This document shows positions 18,024-28,298 of a DNA stretch of 64,000 nt, piece after piece (the stretch's first letter is position 1; the number at the start of each line of letters is the position of its first letter). The translations under genes were made by a program, and so were the position numbers. Origin of the DNA: Methylococcales bacterium (GTDB lineage: Bacteria; Pseudomonadota; Gammaproteobacteria; Methylococcales; Methylomonadaceae); assembly GCA_003584895.1 (NCBI GenBank), contig QVQF01000152.1, positions 2,140 to 66,139 of the forward strand, written 5' to 3'. A model generated the notes under the pieces. That model was given only the letters and a program-made list of their open reading frames with translations. It was not told the origin of the DNA and ran no database searches.

Positions 18024-18078
18024 ATCAAGCTCTTAAAAATAAATAACCAATACAGTCACTAATTTTTAAGAGCTTGAT
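18024..18078. promoter_or_regulatory. 17-bp perfect inverted repeat (pgsA terminator and/or TetR operator)
   Basis: atcaagctcttaaaaat - 21 nt - atttttaagagcttgat, followed by tcttttt. It lies 20 nt after the pgsA stop and about 53 nt upstream of the tetR-family ATG. Confidence 0.5.
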
Positions 18079-18130
18079 TCTTTTTAACACCCGGATAAGC
18101 AGCAGATTGACACGCTGCAATACAAAAAAT

Positions 18131-18736
18131 ATGGATCAGGAAATAGAATTTTTTAATGCTTCAATCATAACTACGACATCTAGTGAAATATTGATAGCCG
18201 CTCTTAAGCTTTTTGCCAAAAAAGGTTACTTTAATACCTCGTTAACTGATATTGCTAAGACTGCCAATATTAAAAATACTAGTGAAATTTACCAGCACTA
18301 CACTAATAAGCAGGTCATTGCTGCTCAATTGTACGCTGATATATTCGCTAATCTTAATGAATCCATTGATGAAATATGGCTAAAGAATGATAAGCCATCA
18401 GAGCAACTTAGGGGGACTGTTGATTTATTGTTTAAATTAACAGAGGACGCTCCTGATGTAATGCGCTTTTTACTTAATATGAAATTTGATGAATTTTTAC
18501 CAGATGAAAAGCCACTACAAGAAACAGCAGCTTTTAGTAAAATTTATAAAATAATACAAGCGGGCATTGCATCTGGAGAAATACGTAATATCGATCCCAT
18601 GTTGGGTTATATCTATTTTTTTGGTGTAGTTAATGCAACCTTACAAGGTGTATTAGCTGGTGTGTTAGATAAGAAAGCAGATACTTATCTATTACAAACT
18701 TGGCTTGCTGCATGGAATGGCATTGTTAAGAAATAA
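18131..18736 (+). CDS. TetR/AcrR family transcriptional regulator
   Basis: N-terminal HTH: ILIAALKLFAKKGYFNTSLTDIAKTANI. The start is placed at the ATG at 18131, because the track's TTG start overlaps the inverted repeat. Confidence 0.8.
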   Translation: MDQEIEFFNASIITTTSSEILIAALKLFAKKGYFNTSLTDIAKTANIKNTSEIYQHYTNKQVIAAQLYADIFANLNESIDEIWLKNDKPSEQLRGTVDLLFKLTEDAPDVMRFLLNMKFDEFLPDEKPLQETAAFSKIYKIIQAGIASGEIRNIDPMLGYIYFFGVVNATLQGVLAGVLDKKADTYLLQTWLAAWNGIVKK

Positions 18737-18779
18737 GTTCTCCTATTTCTTTAAGAATCTAATTGAGTAATGATAAGTC

Positions 18780-18965
18780 ATGGGTGAGGTCGTTCCGTTT
18801 AAAAGACCTACAGTCGCTGAACGGCACAAAGGTAATACCTTATGTCGTAGTGGTTTTCATAAATGGATAGTTCTTAATGACAAGAAATTTGATGTCAAGC
18901 TGGGTAAGTTAATTACCGTTTTTCAATGTACGCGTTGCGCTAAAATACAGACTAAGGCGTTGTAG
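18780..18965 (+). CDS. Small hypothetical protein with a C-x4-H...C-x2-C zinc-ribbon-like pattern
   Basis: 61 aa. LCRSGFHKW...FQCTRCAK. It is followed by a strong hairpin at 19001-19047. The RBS is weak. Confidence 0.4.
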   Translation: MGEVVPFKRPTVAERHKGNTLCRSGFHKWIVLNDKKFDVKLGKLITVFQCTRCAKIQTKAL

Positions 18966-19000
18966 TTTAGTCTGTTATTGATTTTGTAATTGTACTAACG

Positions 19001-19047
19001 TTATTTCAGCATGAAGACGCCGTTGCTATGTCTTCGTGCTGAAATAA
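19001..19047. terminator. Bidirectional hairpin terminator between convergent genes
   Basis: ttatttcagcatgaagac - 11-nt loop - gtcttcgtgctgaaataa. The stem is 18 bp with one mismatch. Confidence 0.7.
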
Positions 19048-19066
19048 GTTGATTGGTGGGCTTAGG

Positions 19067-20404
19067 TTATTTTTTAGAGGTTACTGCAATCATAGGATTA
19101 GCTGCAGAAACGGTAACTGTTGCCGTTGAGTCTAATAGTTCTAGTTCTAGTGCTTTTACAGTACCATCAAAAGAATTGAGGCTATCTGGCTCGATTTCTA
19201 AAATTTGTGTTGGTAGACCGATTCTGTCTAAGATAGCAATGAACGGTTCAGGATCAAGTTCTTCGACGTTAACCATCGTTTGAGTATCCCATTCGCCAGT
19301 AGCCACTAACATAGCTGCAGCCACCGGGGGTACACCTGCCGTGTAGCTAATACCTTGTGACTCAACTTCTTCGTAACATTTTTTGTGATCTGAAACTTGA
19401 TAGATTAGGACTTCACGCTTTTCGCCATCTTTCCAGCCTTTAATAAAGTTACCGATACAGGTATTGCCTGTGTAGCCCGGCGCTAGGGTCATAGGATCAG
19501 GAAGCAGTGCTTTAACCATCTTAAGTGGGACAACCTCTTGGCCTGTTGTCAGTGTTACTGGCAGGTGTGAAAGGAAGCCTAGTGTACGTAATACAGTAAA
19601 AACATTGATGTAATGATCACCGAATCCCATCCAAAAGCGAATGCTGTTTGCATCGATATTTTTTGACAAAGAATGTAGTTCGTCATGGCCATTCAAGTAA
19701 ATAGGTTGCTTACCTACTACTGGGAAATCATATTCTCTTTTTACTGAGTGAGTGGGGAATTCTGCCCATTTACGATCTATCCATGTCCACACTTTTACGA
19801 ATTCACGAAAATTAATTTCTGGGTCAAAGTTAGTTGAAAAATATCGACCATGACTACCCGCGTTAACATCAAGGATATCAATAGTGTCAATTTTGTCGAA
19901 ATAACGTTTAACGGCTAGTGCGCAATAAGCATTAACGACACCAGGATCAAAACCAGCGCCTAAAATAGCGGTGATGCCTTTTTCAGCGCAACGGTCTTTA
20001 CGTTTCCATTCGTAATTAGCATACCAAGGTGGCTCTTCACATACTTTGTCTGGATCTTCGTGTATTGCGGTGTCAATATAGGCAACACCCGCTTCGATAC
20101 AAGCTTCCAATATGGACATATTAAGAAAAGCAGAGCCTAAATTGATAACAATTTGTGAACCTGTTTCTTTAATAAGCTTAATAGTTGCGGAAATATCTAA
20201 AGCATCAAGTTGAGCTGAATAAAGCTTGCCATCAGTATTTTTTAAATGCCCTTTACGATGAATACTTTCAATAATGGCATCGCATTTTTCTTGAGTCCGC
20301 GAGGCAATACAGATATCGCCTAACACATCATTATTCATCGCTGCCTTATGGGCAGCAACATGTGCCACGCCTCCAGCGCCAATAATCATTACATTTTTTT
20401 TCAT
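19067..20404 (-). CDS. Carboxynorspermidine/carboxyspermidine synthase (saccharopine dehydrogenase family)
   Basis: 445 aa. NAD-binding MIIGAGGVAHVAAHK and typical CANSDH blocks (GFDPGVVNAY, WMGFGDHY). It lies adjacent to nspC. Confidence 0.85.
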   Translation of the reverse strand: MKKNVMIIGAGGVAHVAAHKAAMNNDVLGDICIASRTQEKCDAIIESIHRKGHLKNTDGKLYSAQLDALDISATIKLIKETGSQIVINLGSAFLNMSILEACIEAGVAYIDTAIHEDPDKVCEEPPWYANYEWKRKDRCAEKGITAILGAGFDPGVVNAYCALAVKRYFDKIDTIDILDVNAGSHGRYFSTNFDPEINFREFVKVWTWIDRKWAEFPTHSVKREYDFPVVGKQPIYLNGHDELHSLSKNIDANSIRFWMGFGDHYINVFTVLRTLGFLSHLPVTLTTGQEVVPLKMVKALLPDPMTLAPGYTGNTCIGNFIKGWKDGEKREVLIYQVSDHKKCYEEVESQGISYTAGVPPVAAAMLVATGEWDTQTMVNVEELDPEPFIAILDRIGLPTQILEIEPDSLNSFDGTVKALELELLDSTATVTVSAANPMIAVTSKK

Positions 20405-20417
20405 ATGATGAATCCTC

Positions 20418-21524
20418 TTATGATAAACAATTTATATAATCGTTATAGTCGAAACTGCGAGCTAGTTCTACAGTACCATTTAATCTTTTTACAGCTATTG
20501 ATGGCATAGCAACACCATTAAACCAATTTTTCTTTACCATCGTATAGCCCGCCGCATCAGAAAAGCTGACGATGTCACCTATTTTTAACGGGGCATCTAG
20601 TTCATAGTGTCCGAATAAATCACCTGCCAAGCATGTTCTGCCTGCGATGAGTATGGAGTTATCGCCAGCCTCATGAGATGAAATGTTTGGATGTGTATGG
20701 TAAATAAGATGGTCTAGCATGTGCGCTTCAATAGAGGCGTCTACAATAGCGATGTCGATTTCATTATGAACAATATCAAGTACTGTCGTGACTAGTTCTG
20801 CACAGCCAGTGATAGCCGCTTCACCAGGTTCAAGATAAACTTGTACGCCAAAGGTTTCTGAAAAATCTTTTAAAACTTGGCAGAATTTTTCTAATGGGTA
20901 GTTATCTTTGGTGAAATAAATACCGCCACCAAAACTGACCCATTGCATTTTTTTCAAAACATGACTGTATTTATTGGCAATTTGATTGATGGAATCAGCA
21001 ATATTTTCTATGTCGTCATTTTCACAATTAAAATGAAACATGATGCCACTGATATGCTCAGAAACATCGTCAAGTTCCTGTAGGCTGCAGACACCAAGCC
21101 TTGAGTATTTTCTTGCTGGATCAGCTAAATCGAAGTGGGAATAGCTAATGCCGGGATTTACTCGCAATCCAACTTTCAGATGACTTACGGAATCATAAAA
21201 TAAATTTAATTGAGAAATAGAGTTAAAGATAACCTTATCTGCAAATTTAGCGACAGTATTAATTTCATCCACAGAGTAAGCCACACTATAAGCATGAACT
21301 TCTTTGCCAAATTTATCATGACCCAATTGAGCTTCAAAAAGTGAACTACTAGTCGTACCATCCATATACTGGCTCATAAGACCGAACACACTCCATGTAG
21401 AAAAACATTTAAGTGCTAATACTGATTTTGCACCAGATTGTTCACGGATAGTCTTAATGATTTCTAAGTTTTTTAGCAGCTTGGTTTCGTCGATAAGGTA
21501 ATACGGGGTACGCAGATCCAGCAT
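20418..21524 (-). CDS. nspC: Carboxynorspermidine/carboxyspermidine decarboxylase
   Basis: 368 aa. Alanine-racemase-fold PLP decarboxylase pattern (LALKCFS..., GGGIYF, EPGEAAI, AGRTCLAGD). It is paired with the CANSDH gene. Confidence 0.85.
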   Translation of the reverse strand: MLDLRTPYYLIDETKLLKNLEIIKTIREQSGAKSVLALKCFSTWSVFGLMSQYMDGTTSSSLFEAQLGHDKFGKEVHAYSVAYSVDEINTVAKFADKVIFNSISQLNLFYDSVSHLKVGLRVNPGISYSHFDLADPARKYSRLGVCSLQELDDVSEHISGIMFHFNCENDDIENIADSINQIANKYSHVLKKMQWVSFGGGIYFTKDNYPLEKFCQVLKDFSETFGVQVYLEPGEAAITGCAELVTTVLDIVHNEIDIAIVDASIEAHMLDHLIYHTHPNISSHEAGDNSILIAGRTCLAGDLFGHYELDAPLKIGDIVSFSDAAGYTMVKKNWFNGVAMPSIAVKRLNGTVELARSFDYNDYINCLS

Positions 21525-21723
21525 TTTTTAGTTCTCGTAGATTAGCGAAATAACACGCCGAGTTTAATTTGATAAATAATTTGTCAAAGTTAATAATAAA
21601 AATTTTAACTATAAAAATGGGTTTTTTACTATACCTTATTGTTATAAGCTATATGCTTGCTTTGATGCGTGTGTTTAGAATCCCCTACTATATTGTTAAA
21701 GATAATATAGCAGGGATTTATGA

Positions 21724-22101
21724 CTATTTGACTACACGTAATGCCGGCCTTGTTGGCGGTTTGTTTTCAGGTGGTGTGTTTTCTGGCTCTTCATCTTCTT
21801 GATCAAAGATCATGCCTTTACCATTTTCTTTAGCATAAATAGCCATGATCGCCGCAATTGGAGCAACTATATTCATGGGTTTTCCACTAAATCGGGCACT
21901 AAATTGAATATCAGTATTGCCTAGTATCAGTCCCTGAATAGCTTGGGGTCTAATGTTTAATATGATTTTTCCGTCTTCAATAAATTGCTGCGGTAAAACA
22001 GCGCTGCTGTTTTCAGCATCAACTAATAAGTGCGGAGTTAAATCATTATCAACAATCCATTCATATATCGAACGAATTAAATAGGGTTTTAAAGAAGTCA
22101 T
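21724..22101 (-). CDS. sspB: ClpXP adaptor / stringent starvation protein B
   Basis: 125 aa. N-terminal PYLIRSIYEWIVDNDLTPHLLVD and the C-terminal ClpX-binding tail PALRVVK. Confidence 0.9.
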   Translation of the reverse strand: MTSLKPYLIRSIYEWIVDNDLTPHLLVDAENSSAVLPQQFIEDGKIILNIRPQAIQGLILGNTDIQFSARFSGKPMNIVAPIAAIMAIYAKENGKGMIFDQEDEEPENTPPENKPPTRPALRVVK

Positions 22102-22745
22102 TATTTTAAAGGCTCAGACATTTCTTTTTCAGCTTCACTGAGGCTGAGTTTAAATGCGGGTCTTTTAAAGAGACGCTGTGCATAATTAGTAATGACATCA
22201 TTTGGTGTTGATATATCGATCCCTATGCTAGGTAAACGCCATAATAGGGGGGCAATAACGCAGTCAATCAGTGAAAATTCATCATTCATGAAATAAGGTT
22301 GTGACGCGAATATAGGTTCAGCAGAAAGTATGCTTTCTCTAAGTAATTTCTTGGCACGAGCTGATTTTTTCTCCCCTGAGAATAAAATTTCATCTAAGAG
22401 TTGATACCAATCTTGATCTATACGTTTTATGAGCATTCTTGCATTTGCTCGTGATACAGGATCCATTTGGTGCAGGGGTGGGTGAGGAAAACGCTCGTCT
22501 AAATACTCCATGATAATGCGTGAATCATAAAGAACTAATTCACGTTCAATCAATGTTGGTGATGTACCATTAGGATTAAGCTCAAGTAAATCCTCTGGAG
22601 GGTTGCTTGGGTCATAATATTCTATGTCTGCGGTGATACCTTTTTCGTGTAAAACAAAACGAGCGCAATGGCTCATGGCACATGTGGGCGATGAAAAAAG
22701 TGTCATTACAGATTTACGGGTAATAATATTTGCCACGAATAACAA
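22101..22745 (-). CDS. sspA: Stringent starvation protein A (GST-like)
   Basis: 214 aa. SVMTLFSSPTC...HCARFVLHEKGI... matches the SspA N-terminus. It has a TTG start and a 1-nt overlap with sspB. Confidence 0.9.
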   Translation of the reverse strand: MLFVANIITRKSVMTLFSSPTCAMSHCARFVLHEKGITADIEYYDPSNPPEDLLELNPNGTSPTLIERELVLYDSRIIMEYLDERFPHPPLHQMDPVSRANARMLIKRIDQDWYQLLDEILFSGEKKSARAKKLLRESILSAEPIFASQPYFMNDEFSLIDCVIAPLLWRLPSIGIDISTPNDVITNYAQRLFKRPAFKLSLSEAEKEMSEPLK

Positions 22746-22879
22746 CCTCTTGGGACGTGTAGGGCGGTAAAAAATGCCATTGTAGCATAAAAAAGGGTAG
22801 ATTTTGGCTTGGGTATTGTTTATCGTTTATGTTCAATCAATTAAAGCAAACATCCTTGTTCTCTTTAGTTAATCAATAA

Positions 22880-23596
22880 TTAATGAACGTCTTGCCAAAA
22901 CTCTTTTTTCAGAAGATAAGCGATGACTAAAAATAGTAGTAAGAACAATATGACATATTTTCCAATTCTTTGTCTCTCTAGTTGGACAGGTTCTCCAACA
23001 TAAACCAGAAAGTTAACTAGGTCATTTACAAAAAGATCAAAGTCTTTTTCTGACAAAGTGCCATGCTCTTCAATGACCAGCTTAGTATATTCACCATAGA
23101 TGGTTTTTCTTTGCTCTGCATGCTGTTCACCTTGTAGTTGCCAAAGAGGATTAGGCATTGCAGTATCCTTAAAGACTAAATTATTCACACCTAAGGGTTT
23201 GGATGCATCTACATAATAACTTTTTAGATAGCTATATAGCCAATCAGGGCCACGTGATCTTGCAATTAATGACAAATCTGGTGGCTGTGTGCCGAACCAT
23301 TTTTCAGCATCGTGCTTGTTCATGGCACTATGTAGCTGATCATAGATACTGGCGCCTTCTGGAGCAATATCTTTTAGTACTTTTTGTGGATCAGCACCCA
23401 CATCATTGGCTATGCGTAAATAACGGATGTGCTTGGCTGAGTGGCAACCTAAACAATAGGTCACAAAATGCTTTGCTCCCCTTTGTAACGATTCATTATC
23501 AGAAAGATCAATATTTGCTGATTGCAGTTCTATTTCTTCATTCGCGATTGCGTCGAATGATAAGGTTAATAACAATATGATGAGTAATTTTTTCAT
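22880..23596 (-). CDS. petC: Cytochrome c1 of the bc1 complex
   Basis: Signal peptide, heme motif YCLGCHS, and a C-terminal TM anchor (YVILFLLLFLVIAYLL). Confidence 0.9.
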   Translation of the reverse strand: MKKLLIILLLTLSFDAIANEEIELQSANIDLSDNESLQRGAKHFVTYCLGCHSAKHIRYLRIANDVGADPQKVLKDIAPEGASIYDQLHSAMNKHDAEKWFGTQPPDLSLIARSRGPDWLYSYLKSYYVDASKPLGVNNLVFKDTAMPNPLWQLQGEQHAEQRKTIYGEYTKLVIEEHGTLSEKDFDLFVNDLVNFLVYVGEPVQLERQRIGKYVILFLLLFLVIAYLLKKEFWQDVH

Positions 23597-23597
23597 A

Positions 23598-25025
23598 TCA
23601 ATCTAAGCTCTCTATTAGTTTTTTTGCTAAGCGAGTGGCTACATTTTTAATGCCAACCGGATTGGGGCGCCTGTTAAAAAAAGAACTTTTAAATGCAGGG
23701 TGGCCAATTTCAGTAGCAACAGGTTTTATCTCAGTAATTTCGTCAATAAAAGCAGGAATTTGCTCTTCAATAGCATGTAGTTGCTCTTCAAGACTATGGT
23801 CTTTAGTTAAACTTTTGGGTACTGGTTTAGTTTTCTCCCAGCGCGTATAAATGGGCATCAATAAGAAGAAGCCAAAATAAATGGTAGTAAAAAGTCTTGC
23901 AAGAATAGTTGCTACAGGCGTGACCGGTTGAGTACCTAAATAACCTAATGCTATAAAACTGACTACAAATAAAAACAATGCTTTCTTGAAAATACCACCA
24001 CGATAGCGGATAGATTTTACAGGGCATCGATCTAGCCAAGGCAACAGAAACAATACGACTATAGAGCCACCCATCGCAATAACCCCAGCGAATTTATCTG
24101 GAATAGCTCTTAGTACTGAATAAAACGGTGTGAAATACCAGACTGGTGCGATGTGTTCTGGTGTTTTCATCGGGTCAGCAGGAATGAAATTGGCATGTTC
24201 TAGAAAATAACCGCCCATTTCTGGCATGTAAAAAATAACGGTAGCAAAGAACAATAGAAAAACTGCGACACCTACTATGTCTTTAACAGTGTAGTAAGGA
24301 TGAAAGGGAATGCCATCTACAGGATGTCCCCATGGATCTTTTGATTCTTTAATTTCAATGCCGTCAGGGTTATTTGAGCCGACTTCGTGTAGCGCGACTA
24401 TATGCATAAATACCAACATCACTAAGACTAAAGGTACCGCAATAACATGAAAAGCGAAAAATCTATTTAATGTGGCATCGGCAATAACATAATCACCTCG
24501 TATCCAAAGGGATAAATCATCACCAATAACAGGAATAGCGCTAAATAAAGAAATAATTACCTGAGCGCCCCAATAGGACATTTGACCCCAAGGTAATAAA
24601 TAGCCCATAAATGCTTCGGCCATTAAGGCAACAAAAAGCAACATGCCGAAAATCCAAATTAATTCTCTAGGATGCTTAAAAGATCCATACATGATACCTC
24701 TGAACATGTGCAGATAAATGACGATAAAAAATGCTGAGGCACCGGTAGAATGCATATAGCGAACTAACCAACCCCAAGGCACATCACGCATTATATATTC
24801 GATAGAATCAAATGCCAGTTTGGCATCCGGCTTATAATTCATAGTCAATAAAATACCGGTAATGATTTGATTAACTAAAACCAGTAAAGCTAAAGAACCA
24901 AAAAAATACCAGAAATTGAAGTTCTTAGGCGCGTAATAATGCGCCATATGTTCATTCCAAAATTTTGTAACGGGAAAACGATCTAAAACCCAATCGCCAC
25001 AGGCATTTAAACGGGTAGGTTTCAT
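23598..25025 (-). CDS. petB: Cytochrome b of the bc1 complex, with a ~78-aa hydrophilic C-terminal extension
   Basis: 475 aa. Typical cytochrome b helices (WNFGSL-like FNFWYFFGSLAL, RYMHSTGASAFF, PEWYF-like APVWYFTPFY). The tail KTKPVPKSLTKDHS...KKLIESLD has no TM character. Confidence 0.9.
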   Translation of the reverse strand: MKPTRLNACGDWVLDRFPVTKFWNEHMAHYYAPKNFNFWYFFGSLALLVLVNQIITGILLTMNYKPDAKLAFDSIEYIMRDVPWGWLVRYMHSTGASAFFIVIYLHMFRGIMYGSFKHPRELIWIFGMLLFVALMAEAFMGYLLPWGQMSYWGAQVIISLFSAIPVIGDDLSLWIRGDYVIADATLNRFFAFHVIAVPLVLVMLVFMHIVALHEVGSNNPDGIEIKESKDPWGHPVDGIPFHPYYTVKDIVGVAVFLLFFATVIFYMPEMGGYFLEHANFIPADPMKTPEHIAPVWYFTPFYSVLRAIPDKFAGVIAMGGSIVVLFLLPWLDRCPVKSIRYRGGIFKKALFLFVVSFIALGYLGTQPVTPVATILARLFTTIYFGFFLLMPIYTRWEKTKPVPKSLTKDHSLEEQLHAIEEQIPAFIDEITEIKPVATEIGHPAFKSSFFNRRPNPVGIKNVATRLAKKLIESLD

Positions 25026-25651
25026 GCTTTTTTCTCCTCAGAAGCTTCGCCAACAATGATTCGTGTATCGGTGATATAACGATAAGGCGGAATTTCTAGA
25101 TTACTAGGGGCTGGCACGCCACGGTAAACACGGCCAGCAAGATCAAACCAAGAGCCATGACATGGACAGAAGAAACCACCTTTCCATTGCTCACCTAAAT
25201 CATTCGGTGCAATTTCAGGGCGAAAGGTTGGTGAGCAACCTAAATGAGTACACAAGCCAACAGCGACAAAAATCTCGGGTTTAATAGAGCGCCCTGGATT
25301 CTTACTAGAAGGTGGTTGATCAGATTCATTAGAGAGAGGATCTCTAAGTTCGCTATCTAAGGTCTTTAATGTGGCAAGAACTTCAGGTGTTCTATTAAGA
25401 ATCCAAACGGGTTTTCCTCTCCAAGCAACTCTAATAAGTTGTCCAGTTTCAATTTTGCTGATATCAACTTCAACAGGCGCTCCAGCGGCCATGGCTTTTA
25501 CACTAGGCTGCATTTGTGCAAGAAAAGGAATAGCTAAATAGCCTGAGCCGACAGCTCCAACCACGGTCAATGCCGAGGTTAGAAACTGGCGTTTAGACTT
25601 ATCGACGCCTTTATTATTCATTATAAAACTCTCCTGATTATATAGCGGCAT
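25022..25651 (-). CDS. petA: Ubiquinol-cytochrome c reductase Rieske iron-sulfur subunit
   Basis: Tat-like SKRQFLTSA and Rieske boxes CTHLGC and CPCHGS. A possible alternative start is M11 (25621). Confidence 0.9.
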   Translation of the reverse strand: MPLYNQESFIMNNKGVDKSKRQFLTSALTVVGAVGSGYLAIPFLAQMQPSVKAMAAGAPVEVDISKIETGQLIRVAWRGKPVWILNRTPEVLATLKTLDSELRDPLSNESDQPPSSKNPGRSIKPEIFVAVGLCTHLGCSPTFRPEIAPNDLGEQWKGGFFCPCHGSWFDLAGRVYRGVPAPSNLEIPPYRYITDTRIIVGEASEEKKA

Positions 25652-25812
25652 TGCAGCGCTTTCTTATTGTCTGGTCAATATACCATTAGACGCTAGTGAA
25701 TTTGAAGTGCTTATAGTGAATAGTTTACTTAAAAGTGATGTTTTTAACTATTATCACAGCAAGTAATTGACTGATAAACACAGTGATGTTGGTTAAATAA
25801 ATAATAGTTTGC

Positions 25813-26901
25813 TTAGAGACAGTTTTTTAAGGCTGTAATAAACGCTATATTTTCTTCTGGTTTACCTATAGTTACTCGCAAACAATCTTTTAATAAGCCC
25901 CCTTGAGGACTCATGTCTTTAATTAGAATACCTTGTTGTTTAATAGCTAAGAAAATACGAGAGGCCTGTTCAGTAGGCGTTCTAAATAAAATAAAATTTG
26001 CTGCGCTAGGATAAGCGTTTATCCCAGTTAGTGTATTTAATTGCTCAAACACAAGAGATCTTTCTTGGCAAATTTTCTGGGTTTGTTGGTCAAACACAGT
26101 ATGGTTGCATAAAGCAAAGTTAGCACTCAGCTGGGTAAGACTGTTTATGTTGTATGGCAGGCGGATTTTATTTAGCTGTTCAATAATCGCAGGTCGACCT
26201 ATAACATAACCTAAGCGTAAACCGGCTAATCCAAGTTTAGAGACGGTGCGCATGACTAATAAATTGTCATAGTCTGACAAAGTCCCGATAAAACTAGCAT
26301 CAGCAAACGGAGCGTAGGCCTCATCAATCACAACAAGACCCTTAGCTAAATTTATGATTTCAAGCATTGCTGAATGGCTGAATAAATTCCCTGTTGGATT
26401 ATTGGGGTAGGCTAGGAAAATAACGGACGGTTGATAGTGCTTTATTGTGTCCAGCATTGCAGGCAAGTCTAAATCAAAGTTGTCTGCTTGCAGAGGAATG
26501 CTTAGATAATTTAGGCCTAAGCAGTCGCTCAGTTGTTTATACATAACAAAGCCTGGGGCAGGTGCCAAAACGCTAGCTGTGTTAGGTAATGCCATTAATA
26601 ACAACTGAATGATTTCGTCAGAACCATTGCCCAGCATGACATCAAATTGATCATCTATTTGATAGATACGCTTGATAGTTTGAGACAGTTCTTGAGCAGT
26701 AGGATCTGGATAGCGATTTAAAGGACAGTCTTTTAGAGTGTCTAACCACGCTAACTTTAGGTCTTCAGGCCAATTAAATGGGTTTTCCATGGCATCGAGT
26801 TTAATTAAACCGTGAGCATCTGCTACCTTATAGGCAGAGATTGCTAAAACTTCTTTACGAAAAATAGCAGCAATTTCAAAAGAACGAGATTCAATGCTCA
26901 A
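25813..26901 (-). CDS. hisC: Histidinol-phosphate aminotransferase
   Basis: 362 aa class-II aminotransferase ([23 protein letters not shown]). It has a 4-nt overlap with hisD. Confidence 0.9.
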   Translation of the reverse strand: MSIESRSFEIAAIFRKEVLAISAYKVADAHGLIKLDAMENPFNWPEDLKLAWLDTLKDCPLNRYPDPTAQELSQTIKRIYQIDDQFDVMLGNGSDEIIQLLLMALPNTASVLAPAPGFVMYKQLSDCLGLNYLSIPLQADNFDLDLPAMLDTIKHYQPSVIFLAYPNNPTGNLFSHSAMLEIINLAKGLVVIDEAYAPFADASFIGTLSDYDNLLVMRTVSKLGLAGLRLGYVIGRPAIIEQLNKIRLPYNINSLTQLSANFALCNHTVFDQQTQKICQERSLVFEQLNTLTGINAYPSAANFILFRTPTEQASRIFLAIKQQGILIKDMSPQGGLLKDCLRVTIGKPEENIAFITALKNCL

Positions 26902-28205
26902 GATTTGATCCTGTATTCTGCAGAGCGAGCATGAGCGGTTAAGCTTTCACCTCTTGCCAGTATGGAGGCGACCCTTCCTAGATTATCGGCTCCGTTTTCA
27001 GAGCAGTTTATAATGCTAGAACGTTTTTGGAAGTCATAAACACCCAAGGGTGATGAGAAACGCGCAGTACTTGATGTTGGTAATACATGATTAGGACCTG
27101 CACAATAATCGCCCAAAGCTTCAGCAGTATAGCGTCCCATGAAAATAGCGCCTGCATGACGTATACTCAAACTTAAGGTTTGAGGGTCTTCAACAGAAAG
27201 TTCTAAATGTTCTGGTGCAATAAGATTAGCAACCTCAGCTGCTTGTGTTAAATCATTAACTTTGATTAAAGCACCTCGTGTTGATAGCGATACCTTAATG
27301 ATTTCGGCACGTTCCATGGTAGGTAGTAACCTATCAATGCTCTGATGTACGGCCAATAGAAAGTCATCATCGTCACTGATTAAAATGGCTTGTGCATTTT
27401 CATCGTGCTCTGCTTGTGAAAACATATCCATGGCTATCCAGTCAGGATTGGTTTTGCCATCACAGATAATTAATATTTCCGAAGGACCGGCAATCATGTC
27501 AATGCCAACGACGCCAAAGACCATTTTTTTTGCGGTAGCGACATAAATATTGCCTGGACCGACTATTTTAGCGACCGCAGGTATGGTTTGTGTGCCATAA
27601 GCCAATGCAGCAATAGCTTGTGCACCACCAATAGTGAATATTCGATCTACGCCTGCTAAATAAGCGGCTGCTAACACCAACTCATTGGTTTCACCCTGAG
27701 GAGCAGGGACGACCATGATCAATTCACCAACGCCAGCTACTTTGGCGGGAATAGCATTCATTAATACTGATGAGGGGTAAGCTGCTTTTCCTCCGGGAAC
27801 ATAAAGTCCCACTCTGTCTAAAGGCGTTACTTTTTGACCTAAAATACTGCCGTCAGCCTCAGTGTATTGCCATGATGTTAGTTTTTGATGTTCGGCATAA
27901 GCTCGAATACGATCTGCTGCTGCCTGCAAGGCTTGGCCTTGTTCAATAGGAATGTTCTCCCAGGCTGATTTCAATACATCTTTAGATAATTCGAGCTCAT
28001 TAGCCACGTTTATTTCTCGGTGATCAAAACGGTTGGTATAGGTTATGAGGGCCTGATCACCGTTATGTCGTACATCAGCAATAATTTCTAATACCCGACG
28101 TTGAATATCTAAATCATCTGATTCATCCCACGCTAACAAATCTTTTAATCGCTGATCAAAGTCAGTTGCGTTGGCATCAAGTTTTTGTAGGCTTAGATCT
28201 GGCAT
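26898..28205 (-). CDS. hisD: Histidinol dehydrogenase
   Basis: 435 aa. [23 protein letters not shown] and [10 protein letters not shown] are characteristic. Confidence 0.95.
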   Translation of the reverse strand: MPDLSLQKLDANATDFDQRLKDLLAWDESDDLDIQRRVLEIIADVRHNGDQALITYTNRFDHREINVANELELSKDVLKSAWENIPIEQGQALQAAADRIRAYAEHQKLTSWQYTEADGSILGQKVTPLDRVGLYVPGGKAAYPSSVLMNAIPAKVAGVGELIMVVPAPQGETNELVLAAAYLAGVDRIFTIGGAQAIAALAYGTQTIPAVAKIVGPGNIYVATAKKMVFGVVGIDMIAGPSEILIICDGKTNPDWIAMDMFSQAEHDENAQAILISDDDDFLLAVHQSIDRLLPTMERAEIIKVSLSTRGALIKVNDLTQAAEVANLIAPEHLELSVEDPQTLSLSIRHAGAIFMGRYTAEALGDYCAGPNHVLPTSSTARFSSPLGVYDFQKRSSIINCSENGADNLGRVASILARGESLTAHARSAEYRIKS

Positions 28206-28298
28206 ATTAATGAGGGCTAAACAAGTTCGAGTAAATGAAGATTGAGTGATGTTTTCATTGAAAAAACAAAGAGCACATTAACAATGAATAACGACTAT

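Noticed and set aside
19067-19190. ~40-aa C-terminal extension of the carboxynorspermidine synthase (PDSLNSFDGTVKALELELLDSTATVTVSAANPMIAVTSKK)
   Set aside because: I cannot tell without an alignment whether this is a real lineage-specific tail or normal length variation. There is no motif content to interpret.
21679-21718. Imperfect hairpin just downstream of sspB as an intrinsic terminator
   Set aside because: The stem has a bulge and a mismatch, and no U-run follows it on the transcribed (minus) strand. It is too weak to call.
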